Position numbers and translations under genes: made by a program
Notes under the pieces: generated by a model
Databases searched by the model: none
What the model was told of the DNA's origin: nothing
The model's input: only the letters and a program-made list of their open reading frames with translations
Source of the DNA: Acidimicrobiia bacterium
Lineage (GTDB): Bacteria; Actinomycetota; Acidimicrobiia; Spongiisociales; ZC4RG35
Direction: 5' to 3'
DNA: 64,000 nucleotides
NCBI GenBank assembly: GCA_965248705.1
Contig: CBDFJY010000002.1
Coordinates: forward strand, 919,095 to 983,094
Part shown: positions 49,517-58,529 of the stretch, piece by piece
How the letters are laid out: every line of letters starts with the position of its first letter
Numbering within the stretch: position 1 is the first letter of the stretch

Positions 49517-49598
49517 TATGTCCTCGTCTCAAGCCATTGCCGCTGTCCACCTCTGGGGCGAACAGGACTCTTCCGCCAGCACTGTAGCCGCACGAACG

Positions 49599-52500
49599 TT
49601 ACCGGCTGGGGGTCGGTACCCGGACGATCTCGACACGAGTCTCTTTGTCATAGAGTTCGGCTGCAAGAGACTGCACCGTTGCCGCGGTGGCATTCTGGAG
49701 TTCTTGCAGAGAACGCGCCGACGTGGAAACGCTTTTGTCGTCAAGGTGTAACCGGCTGGTGATGACATTGAGCAGCCCGGCGTTGTTGACCTTGTCGAAG
49801 TCGGCTTGGGCAACGGCCTTGGCCTGTTGGAGTTCCTCGCTGGTGGGTCCGTTGGCCACCATATCGGCCAGGATCGCAAGGACCCTGTCGTAGGCGTCTT
49901 GGTAGCCGTCGGCATCGACGGTGAAAAACAGATTCGAGTAGATCGTGGGCCGTGGCGTGAGGGCCGGTTCGATCGAGACCCCCGCAATGTAAGAGGCGCC
50001 CAACTCTTCCCGGACCAACTGGGTGAGACGGTCGTCCAGAATCACTCGAAGTAGGTGAGCGTTGACTCTCGCCGATGGGGTGACGGCCCCCTCGGCCTCG
50101 TGGTACATCTGCAGAACGGCGCTCATATTCTCGCCGATCGGTATCTCTCGCCTCACCAAGCCATCAGGTGGCGCCGGATGGCGGTCAACGTAGGTGTCGG
50201 ACTCACCGGCGGGGAGGGTCCCGATGTAATGGCGGGCGAGTCGTTCGATGACCTCGGCATCGGTGTCACCCACCACCGCCACCACCATGTCGTCCACATC
50301 ACCCAGGCGGCGCTGGTAGAGGTCGAGTAGCGATTCGGCGGTCATCGTGGCGAGTTGTTCGGGGGTTGCCACCGGTCGGTGCCAGGCGGGATCGAAGCGG
50401 GCTTCGTTGTAGGCCACCAACGCCTGCCAGGAGGGATGCACCTCCGCCAGTTGAGTGCGGATGGCGGCACTGTTCAGTGCTTGATCGAAGGCGATGTCGT
50501 CCACCCGGGGAGCGGTGACGAGCAGGTGCAGGAGTTGGAACAGGGTTTCCACATCTTCACTGTTGGCGCCGCCATCGAAACCTTCTGTGGTCTCGCCGAT
50601 CGACGCGCTCAAGGAGGCGGTGCTCTCCCCGAGGAAACGGTTGATCTGCAACTGCGTCAGGTCACCGAAGCCACTACGCAGCACCGCTTCGACCGCTCGG
50701 GGAGCGAGCGCCCGCGCGCCCGGTTCCAGTTGGGACCATCCCCCCAGCGAACGGGTGCGGAGGTGGACAGTCGCCTCGGTGATGTCGGAGTACACGAACA
50801 CCACCCGGGCCCCGTTGGCGAACTCCCACTGAGTGCCTTCCAGTACGGGGAGGGGGCCACTGGAAACCGGCTCCACCGGCTCGGGAACCGCCATCAACTG
50901 ATCGATCTCCGGCTCGACTGGTGGAGGCTCGCTGCGCGGCGATGCGGCCACCACCGCAGCTTCCAGGTCGGCGGTGGATGGGAGGCTGGCAGCGTTGGGA
51001 CCGACTGCGATCAGAATCGGCCCGGCCCGGCTCATTAGCCACCGGTAGTGATCGGTCAACTTCTCGGCCGTCACCTCTTCGAGAAGGGCCGAAACCCGGT
51101 CGAACCGATCCTGAGGGGCACTGATGTCAGCGCCGTACAGGAAGTGGGCTACGTAGTTTCCCGCGTACCGCGGGTCCGTGGTCGTACCGGCCGTTTCAAG
51201 CCGGTGCTCCAGTGCGGTGGCAAGTTCCTCTCTGACGCGGACCAGGTCGGCATCGGTGAAGCCATACTTCTGCACGGTCTGCAACACCGACAAGTAAGCA
51301 CTGGAAGCCGTGTCGAGGTTTTCGCCCTGCCAGTTGGTGCCGAAGTAGCGCAATCCTCGGTTGTGGTTGAAGGTGTCAAAGTGAGGGCGATCCACCTGTG
51401 CCAGTTCCCCGCGGTAGTAGGCGTCTTCGAGCCGATTGGCGATCATCAATTCCGCGAGGCTGTCCAACAGCAGGAGGCGCTCTGCGCCAAACGTGCCGGC
51501 ATTGAACGATGGAATGGGGATGTCGAAGGAAATGAATGTGTAACCCTGTGCTTCGTCAGTGACTACGTGGTAGGACGGCGCCGGATCGGGTGTCACTTCG
51601 GGAAGTGAGAAGGGTGGGGCGGTACCTGGCTCTATCGATCCGAAGTGCTCCTCCACCAGGGCATAGAGGTCGTCTTCAGGTACGTCGCCCACCGCCACGA
51701 TGGCCATGTTTGACGGGACGTACCAGGTCTCGTAGAACCCCCGCAGGTCCGCGGCGGTCATCGACTCCAGAGACGGCGCCGTACCGCCCGGGTAATACCC
51801 CTCATAGGGCGTGCCCTGGGTGTATATACGATCGAACTCCGCGCCGATCTGACCACCACTGGTCTCGGTCCGGAAACGCAACTCGTCCAGAACCACCCCT
51901 CGCTCTGCGATAACCCCCTCGGGGTCAATGAGGGCGGCATGGGCCATCTGCGACAGGACATGCAGCGCCGTGCTCACATTTTCTATCGGATCGGCCGTCA
52001 CCGTCAATTCGTAGACAGTTTGGTCGTACCAGACCCCGGCATTTATGTCAGGACCGAGTTCGGCGCCCAGGGATCGAATGGTGGCGTTGAAAGATTCGGC
52101 CGTGTACGCCTCGGTTCCCTCAAACAGGATGTGCTCCAGGAAGTGAGCGATACCCCGGCCCGGTTCGGGTTCGTTGATCGATCCCGCCTTCACGACCAGT
52201 CGAAGAGTCACGCTCTTTCCAGGCTTATCGTTTTGTCGCACGTAATAGGTGAAGCCGTTGTCGAGTGTTCCGATGCGCACCGCCGGGTCGTTGGGCAGGG
52301 GAGTCGAGTCCACGGCCGGCTGGTAGCCGAGTAGCGGCACCAGTTCCACTGCACGCGCCAGGAAGGCTGCCATCTGACCGCGTGTTACATCAGCGGAGGG
52401 GCAGTAGAGGAAAGCGTCGGCGGAACAACCAACGGTCAGGCGAGCGGCGGCCAGAGCATTGATGTCGCCGGCGTTTTCGACGCCTGCCAGATCTCCGAAC

Positions 52501-52985
52501 CCGATGTAGCCCGCCGGGGGGAGTTTGAAGGCACGGGTAAGGACAGTCGCAATCTCCGCACGGGTCAGGCCGTCCTCGGGGCAGAACCTGAGCGGATCAC
52601 CACCGCATCCCTCGATGATGCCCTGGTCCACCAGTTGTTCAATGTGGGGAGCTGCCCACATTATTTCATTGTCCAGGTCGGCGAATCGTGTCGACGGCGC
52701 CTCCTGCCCAGGGTTGAACCCGAAGACCGCCCTGGCGAGCCAAACCGCCATCACCCAGCGTTGTGCAGGCTCGTCGGGACAGAAGCTGCCTTCGGCGCAA
52801 TCCGTCTCGGTAAAGAGTCCTAAGGCGTGCAGGGCCTCAATTGCCGGAGCGTGGACACTCTGAGAGGAAACATCCTCGTAGGCCCCATCGTCGGCAGCAG
52901 CTATGGGGGTGGCGAGGAGCGTTGCAAGCATCGCTAGAGCCACGAACAGGGTTACAAACCGGGACAGTCGAACAGCCACAGTCAT
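49599..52985 (-). CDS. Secreted M16-family (pitrilysin/insulinase) zinc peptidase anchored by three N-terminal SLH domains
   Basis: Signal peptide, SLH repeats (TRAEIATVLTRAF, TRGQMAAFLARAV), inverted zinc motif HFLEH, duplicated M16 halves; 1128 aa. Confidence 0.75.
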   Translation of the reverse strand: MTVAVRLSRFVTLFVALAMLATLLATPIAAADDGAYEDVSSQSVHAPAIEALHALGLFTETDCAEGSFCPDEPAQRWVMAVWLARAVFGFNPGQEAPSTRFADLDNEIMWAAPHIEQLVDQGIIEGCGGDPLRFCPEDGLTRAEIATVLTRAFKLPPAGYIGFGDLAGVENAGDINALAAARLTVGCSADAFLYCPSADVTRGQMAAFLARAVELVPLLGYQPAVDSTPLPNDPAVRIGTLDNGFTYYVRQNDKPGKSVTLRLVVKAGSINEPEPGRGIAHFLEHILFEGTEAYTAESFNATIRSLGAELGPDINAGVWYDQTVYELTVTADPIENVSTALHVLSQMAHAALIDPEGVIAERGVVLDELRFRTETSGGQIGAEFDRIYTQGTPYEGYYPGGTAPSLESMTAADLRGFYETWYVPSNMAIVAVGDVPEDDLYALVEEHFGSIEPGTAPPFSLPEVTPDPAPSYHVVTDEAQGYTFISFDIPIPSFNAGTFGAERLLLLDSLAELMIANRLEDAYYRGELAQVDRPHFDTFNHNRGLRYFGTNWQGENLDTASSAYLSVLQTVQKYGFTDADLVRVREELATALEHRLETAGTTTDPRYAGNYVAHFLYGADISAPQDRFDRVSALLEEVTAEKLTDHYRWLMSRAGPILIAVGPNAASLPSTADLEAAVVAASPRSEPPPVEPEIDQLMAVPEPVEPVSSGPLPVLEGTQWEFANGARVVFVYSDITEATVHLRTRSLGGWSQLEPGARALAPRAVEAVLRSGFGDLTQLQINRFLGESTASLSASIGETTEGFDGGANSEDVETLFQLLHLLVTAPRVDDIAFDQALNSAAIRTQLAEVHPSWQALVAYNEARFDPAWHRPVATPEQLATMTAESLLDLYQRRLGDVDDMVVAVVGDTDAEVIERLARHYIGTLPAGESDTYVDRHPAPPDGLVRREIPIGENMSAVLQMYHEAEGAVTPSARVNAHLLRVILDDRLTQLVREELGASYIAGVSIEPALTPRPTIYSNLFFTVDADGYQDAYDRVLAILADMVANGPTSEELQQAKAVAQADFDKVNNAGLLNVITSRLHLDDKSVSTSARSLQELQNATAATVQSLAAELYDKETRVEIVRVPTPSR

Positions 52986-53064
52986 CCTCCAGGGAAGGGG
53001 TCAGGATTGGCGATACATAGCGTAGTCACCGCCACGGAGCATACCGAAGGCGGCTCCGATGGAG

Positions 53065-53135
53065 AGCGGGTGAGGGGAATCGAACCCCCACTCCGAGCTT
53101 GGGAAGCTCGTGTTCTACCATTGAACTACACCCGC
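53065..53135 (-). tRNA. tRNA-Gly (anticodon CCC)
   Basis: Cloverleaf reading GCGGGTG-TA-GTTC..GAAC-A-CGAGC-TTCCCAA-GCTCG-GAGT-GGGGG-TTCGATT-CCCCT-CACCCGC-T, close to canonical tRNA-Gly. Confidence 0.9.
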
Positions 53136-53188
53136 CGGCTAGGAATTCTTAGTCTAAAGGGGCGCAGGCGGCCATCCCGAGGAGGGCC

Positions 53189-54037
53189 TCAGGATCCAGT
53201 CGGCGGGAAGCTGTACTGGAATACCCCGCCGGTGCGGATCATTTCGGCGGCCAGGGCGTCGGCGTTTTCGATGAACCGCCTGAGCATGGCGTTGACCTGG
53301 TCGGGAACATCCTGTAGGGCCTTATGTCCGGAGCCCACTGTCTTTCCGATCACAACCTGGGGACAAAGCTCTCTGAGCCAACCAAAATCCAGACCAGGCT
53401 GGCCACAATCGATGTACAGGTAAGGCGCTTTCACCTTGGCCAGCACCGGGACAGGGTCGAATAAGGTCATGGTCTGCCAGCCATTGACGAGCACATAATC
53501 GGGGATCGGGGCCATTCTTTCCATGAAGCTACCCGCATGATCCGGGTCGGTGGAGAGATAGGCGGCGCCGATGAACATCTGCAGCGCTTCCCGAATGGGG
53601 CCGTCCGAAGTCATCAAATGATCGAATGGGCCGATGTAGCTCTTGGTCCACCCCGGAGCGTTGCTGGGTGAATCGAGACTGGCTATCGCTCCCACCAAGT
53701 CGGGATGCCGGGCGGCGACGCTTATGACGACCTGTCCTCCCATGCTCTGGCCGATCAGAACAGGTCGGTTCAAACCAAGGTGACGGATCAATTCGGCGAC
53801 ATGGTCGGCATGTTCCGCCATGGTGATGATCCGATCGGGTCTATCGCTTTCACCGGTGTGACCTATCAGATCGACGGCCAGGCGCCGGTGACTGGGAGAA
53901 AAGTACTCCTCCTGGAGGCCGAAGCCTCCTCGGCTACCGTATACGCCGTGGATAAAGATCAGCGCCGGATCACCTGCACCCATGTCGTGGTAAGCGAGCC
54001 GTTCGCCGGCTGCAGTGGTAAACCATTTTGTAGTCAT
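53189..54037 (-). CDS. Alpha/beta-fold hydrolase, paralogue 7 (distant copy of the tandem-array family)
   Basis: IFIHGVYGSRGGFG, GQSMGGQV, GSGH. Confidence 0.8.
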   Translation of the reverse strand: MTTKWFTTAAGERLAYHDMGAGDPALIFIHGVYGSRGGFGLQEEYFSPSHRRLAVDLIGHTGESDRPDRIITMAEHADHVAELIRHLGLNRPVLIGQSMGGQVVISVAARHPDLVGAIASLDSPSNAPGWTKSYIGPFDHLMTSDGPIREALQMFIGAAYLSTDPDHAGSFMERMAPIPDYVLVNGWQTMTLFDPVPVLAKVKAPYLYIDCGQPGLDFGWLRELCPQVVIGKTVGSGHKALQDVPDQVNAMLRRFIENADALAAEMIRTGGVFQYSFPPTGS

Positions 54038-54225
54038 TTGGCATGTCAGTTTAGCCGTGGAGGGCGGAACGGGTCGCTCGATAGGCGATCAAATCACCAG
54101 GTCACCCCTGCGGGGCCACCAAAACCGCAGGAGAAGAATCTCTTGGCATCGACCTAGACAGTTTCCTCGTCCGTTGGCAAGGTCCCACCAGCAATCGACC
54201 TTTGGGCAGCGGGTAAGGATGTGGA

Positions 54226-55441
54226 CTATTTTCTTTGTTTGGCCAGGTACCGGCGGCGGTGGGGGTGGCGCCGAGGTGGTGGGTGTCCGTAACGGGTGGG
54301 TGGTGGGTGGAGTAGGTGCTGTCCGGTGGGGGTCTGGCGCACTTGCCATCCGTCGTCATGTACTTTGTGGTGGCAGCGGCTGCATAACAGGACTAGGTTG
54401 TTCAGGTCGCTTTTGCCTTCGGCGGCCCAGGGGGTGATGTGGTGCGCCTGACACCAAGCGGCCGAGGCGCCACATCCCACGCACTTTCGGTCCCGTGCCA
54501 CCAGGGCGATGCGTTGGGCCGGACTGGCGATCCGCCGCGATCTTCCCAGATCCAGCGGCTGGGATGCACCCCGGAAGATGGCGGGGAGGATCGCGGCGTC
54601 ACACGCCAACTCCCGGGCCTTCTGGACGGGGATGGGAGTCCCATCAGAAAGGCGACCGTTGCGGAGTTCTCCGGCGATGACGTCGTAGTCGGCGATCAGC
54701 AACAACCTAGCCCCCCGGGACCGATCATCCTCGTTGCTGTACCCGCCTGCTTTAGTGAGCAGCAGTGCGAGAGCGTCGGCCATCCGCTGACCCGCAGTGG
54801 CCCGGTTGCGGGGGTCCTCTTCTCGCCACAACTCGTCCATCTTCTGTGACAACGCTGTCTCGATCCGCGCGCCCGTGATGGGATCGAACCGCCCAAACAA
54901 GACTGCCATCCCATCGTCAGGATCGGTCTTGACGTTGGCGAACCGCCGGGACCGCTGATGCTCCAACCTTCCCATGCCGTCATCTCGGGAACGTTGCTGT
55001 TCATGCCTCCGGACGGTTCCCGCGAACTTGTCCGGTGACTGGGTACGGGCCGCGTCCCCTAGTTCGTTCTCGTTTATCTCTCCCCGCTGAGAAGCACCCG
55101 CAATGATCCGCGCATTGTCGTAAGGGATCTCTCCGTTCCGTAACCCCTTGGAAGTCTCCGACAGTCCCTGAAGTTCCACTGCGGTCTCCACTTCCGAGCG
55201 TGCCCGGCGGCGGGACCGCAAACCACCCTCTCGTAGCACCGTTTCGGTCAGTTCGGTTCCTTCCCGCCGCTGCAAGCTCGGCAACCGCATCGGCGCGGAT
55301 CCCGGCCAGTTGGTTCTCTGAGCGGATGGTGGACTGCACCCGATCGTGGAGTTGTTCCACCGTGGCCTCCGAGACCGCCAGGTTGGGCGCCAACACCCGG
55401 GCTTCGTTCACCACCTGTCGGTTGATAGTTGTTTTGTTCAT
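54226..55441 (-). pseudogene. DUF222 + HNH endonuclease ('13E12-repeat'-type) gene, apparently frameshifted
   Basis: The N-terminal DUF222 part is in ORF 55001..55441 and the C-terminal HNH part (CHHITPW...CSRCHHKVH) is in ORF 54226..55290. The two frames overlap. Confidence 0.5.
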
Positions 55442-55566
55442 GCCTACCAGTATGAACTAGGGGTGTGATAAAACACCACCCCATATCACTAAGTTAGTAA
55501 AACCAACACTAACAATCGATTATATAGACAAAGGAGAAGACCCTCTGTTTTGGTGTACTTGAAGCA

Positions 55567-56685
55567 TCAAGCACCAATGGACACCCTCCGACCCTCTCGG
55601 CTCGAGGTCATTACTGCGTCGAGGATTCGATGGAGCTCCACTCCGTCATCGAAGTCGGGTCGGAAACGTCGTCCTTCCCGGATGGAATCGGCGAAATCTG
55701 TCAGGGCTCTCGCCACGTTGTAGCCGGAGTGGCTCTCGGTCAGCGGCGTCTCCGAGAAGTACTCGCCGGGGATCTCCACCTGCTCCAGAATGTCTGTTTC
55801 CCTTCGGCCCACCGAAACTTTCAGGGGGCCTACCGACAACCTGACAGGGCTGAATTGGTAGTAGGAGGGCGCCCCCAGGAGGATCTGTCCCTCCTCTCCG
55901 AGGATTCGCAGAGAGTACCCCAGGGGAGGTGAGGTGGTGTTGGAGGCGTAGGCCGTCCCGACCACACCTCCGGTCATTTCGGCGATGGCCATCACCGTGT
56001 CGGCGGTCTTCCACTCGAAGGTTCCCCCTTCGCTGAACACCCCTGCCGGGGAGAGGGTCAGTTGGCGGGCGGAGATGTTCTTCACGTCTCCCAGGATGAA
56101 ACGAACCGAATCCATCACATGCCCGAAGGCTACGAACAGCGCGCCGCTTGCTTCGGAGTGACGCACCAGCCAGGACCGGTCGGAGTCCACTTCGAACTTC
56201 GAGAGCATCTGGGAGGCCAGGAAGGAAAGAGGCCGGCCGATGGCACCGTCGGCCAACAGTTGTCGCGCCCAGCCGATCGCAGGGGCGAAGCGGCCCTGCA
56301 GACCCACCGCAGTGGGGATCCCCCCGGCCGCGGCCGCGGCCGCCATCTCCCGGGCCTGAGTGGTGTCCAAAGCTAGAGGCCACTCGCAGAAGACCGGTTT
56401 GCCGGCTCGTAGAGCCGCCATGGCCAGCGGATGGTGAAGGCGGGGCCGGACCGCCACCGTCACCAGGTCCACTTCGGGGTCGTTGCACAGATCCTCTACG
56501 CCGGCGTACCACTTGCGAGCTCCCCACTTTTGGGCGGCGGCCTTGGCTGTCTCCGGGCGGGTGGTGCAGACCGCCTCCAAGGTCAGTCCAGGGGCGGCTC
56601 GCACCGCCGGCAAGTGAGCCCGGTCACCGAAGCCGGGCGGGCTGGCGCCCATCACTCCCACTCGTACCGGATCACGGTTACTCAT
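55567..56685 (-). CDS. Gfo/Idh/MocA-family oxidoreductase
   Basis: N-terminal Rossmann fold VGVMGASPPGFGDRAHLPA... and EWPLA motif. Confidence 0.8.
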   Translation of the reverse strand: MSNRDPVRVGVMGASPPGFGDRAHLPAVRAAPGLTLEAVCTTRPETAKAAAQKWGARKWYAGVEDLCNDPEVDLVTVAVRPRLHHPLAMAALRAGKPVFCEWPLALDTTQAREMAAAAAAGGIPTAVGLQGRFAPAIGWARQLLADGAIGRPLSFLASQMLSKFEVDSDRSWLVRHSEASGALFVAFGHVMDSVRFILGDVKNISARQLTLSPAGVFSEGGTFEWKTADTVMAIAEMTGGVVGTAYASNTTSPPLGYSLRILGEEGQILLGAPSYYQFSPVRLSVGPLKVSVGRRETDILEQVEIPGEYFSETPLTESHSGYNVARALTDFADSIREGRRFRPDFDDGVELHRILDAVMTSSREGRRVSIGA

Positions 56686-56792
56686 AAAATGCCCCTTTCC
56701 ACGTTTGTCGCCAAGCCAACTAGGAGACGGGTGGTTTCACCACCATCTGATGGCGATCGCTGTAACACTTCTAAAGTTACCGCCGAGCCGAC

Positions 56793-58529
56793 TTATCCGA
56801 CACCATGGCGCTCCGCTCGCAGCTGTTCGGTGGCTTGGTGGTCGAGTTGATAGTCCTCGGGCAGGCGAACCATCCGGTTCGGGGAGCCGGTATAGCGGAT
56901 AATCACTCCGTAGTCCCGCTCCGCTCCGGTTATAGAAACGTAGCCCTCGACCACATCGGCCAGCACCATCGCCGGATCCCGCTCCAGCGGGTCGCCGAAG
57001 CCGCCGCCGCCGGGAAGATTGAGTTGCACCCGCTGGAACGGATCAAGGGTGAGCAAGGCCTTGGGCTGGCCCTTCCTCTGGCCGTCTAGAAGCAGTTCAC
57101 CCCGAGCTCCGGGGCCTCCTCCCAGGATTCCCTCCGGGGGATGGTTGATCCGGTCCACCATGGCCGAGACCGTCCATGCCGCCTCGGTTCGACATCCCAT
57201 CTCGGTGTTCTGCCCGAGGCCTCCCCGGAAACGGCCAGGCCCCCCGGAGTCGGGTCGAAGCTCCCGGCGGTGTTGGATCAAAGAAGACAAGGTCTCGATC
57301 GCCTCGGCCGGCACCCCCGCCACCCCGCTGGGGAATCCGGTGGCACTGAGGCCGTCCTTTCCGGCCCGGGCGCCTCCTCCTCCGCACTGGAAAAGGCTGA
57401 AGGTGAAGAAGCTCCTCTTGCCCGGGGGTTGTCCCCGCCAGACGCTGATCCAGATCGGGTCGGATCCTGCGGCCATCAGGGGCAGCGCTTCAGCCAGGGC
57501 TCCGAATATCACGCCCGGCAGAAAATGTCCCAAAATGTGCCGCGAGGCCACCGCGGCCGGCGGACGGCAGTTGAGAATGGAGCCGGGGGGAGCGGAAACA
57601 TGCACTGGCCGGAAGGCCCCTTCGTTGTGGGGCACCTCGGGGCTCACCGCCGCCTTCATGGCGAAGGAGGCGTAGGCGTGGGTGTAGTTGAACACCACGT
57701 TGATCCCTCTCTGGCTCTGGGGTGAGGAGCCGGCGAAGTCGATATGGATGTCGCGGTCTTCGACGTTCACCGCCACCTTGATCTTGATGGGCTCCTCGAA
57801 CCCGTCACTCCAGGTTTCGTGCTCGTACCGACCGTTGGGAATCGTGCCAATCGATTGGCGCATGGCTTCCTCGGAGCGGTTCATAATCTCGCGGGCAACC
57901 GGATCGATGGAGTCGAGATCGAACTCGTCCATGAACTTGAGGAGCGCCCGAGCGCCTACCTCGTTGCTGGTGGTCTGGGCGTAGAGGTCGCCCACCGTCT
58001 CGTCGGGGGTACGCACATTGGCTCTGATCAGCTTGATGAGATCCCGGTTGATCTCTCCTCTTCGGAAGAGCTTCATGATGGGCAGCCGCAGGCCCTCTTC
58101 GTAGACCTCCCTGGCTTCAGCAGAGAGGATCCTGCCGCCGATGTCGGCCGCGTGGCAGGTGTTGGCAAAGTAACCCACGATCTGCCCGGCTCTGAACACC
58201 GGAGTGGCAACTGTTATGTCGTTGATCTGGCCGGCGGTCATCCACGGGTCGTTGGTTGCCAGAACGTCGCCTTCCGACAGCCTCTCGGGCGGATATTCGG
58301 CCAGCAGGTGGCGCATTCCGGTGGCCATGGCGTTGATATGGCCGGGAGTGCCGGTGAGCGACTGGGCGACCATGGCGCCCTCGGTGTTGAACACCCCGCA
58401 GGCCAGATCCTGGGTTTCACGAACAATGGTGCTGAAGGCGGTGCGTATCAAGGCCACCTGCTGCTCATTCACCACCGACAAGAGTCGGTTCCACAGCACC
58501 TCCAGAAGAATGGAATCCATCCCGCTCAT
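56793..58529 (-). CDS. hyuB: Hydantoinase B / 5-oxoprolinase subunit
   Basis: N-terminus SGMDSILLEVLWNRLLSVVNEQ..., family size ~580 aa. Confidence 0.85.
   Translation of the reverse strand: MSGMDSILLEVLWNRLLSVVNEQQVALIRTAFSTIVRETQDLACGVFNTEGAMVAQSLTGTPGHINAMATGMRHLLAEYPPERLSEGDVLATNDPWMTAGQINDITVATPVFRAGQIVGYFANTCHAADIGGRILSAEAREVYEEGLRLPIMKLFRRGEINRDLIKLIRANVRTPDETVGDLYAQTTSNEVGARALLKFMDEFDLDSIDPVAREIMNRSEEAMRQSIGTIPNGRYEHETWSDGFEEPIKIKVAVNVEDRDIHIDFAGSSPQSQRGINVVFNYTHAYASFAMKAAVSPEVPHNEGAFRPVHVSAPPGSILNCRPPAAVASRHILGHFLPGVIFGALAEALPLMAAGSDPIWISVWRGQPPGKRSFFTFSLFQCGGGGARAGKDGLSATGFPSGVAGVPAEAIETLSSLIQHRRELRPDSGGPGRFRGGLGQNTEMGCRTEAAWTVSAMVDRINHPPEGILGGGPGARGELLLDGQRKGQPKALLTLDPFQRVQLNLPGGGGFGDPLERDPAMVLADVVEGYVSITGAERDYGVIIRYTGSPNRMVRLPEDYQLDHQATEQLRAERHGVG

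Noticed and set aside
53007-53423. ORF 53007..53423(+)
   Set aside because: It runs through the tRNA-Gly gene and the 3' end of the hydrolase gene on the opposite strand, and is a translation of antisense sequence.
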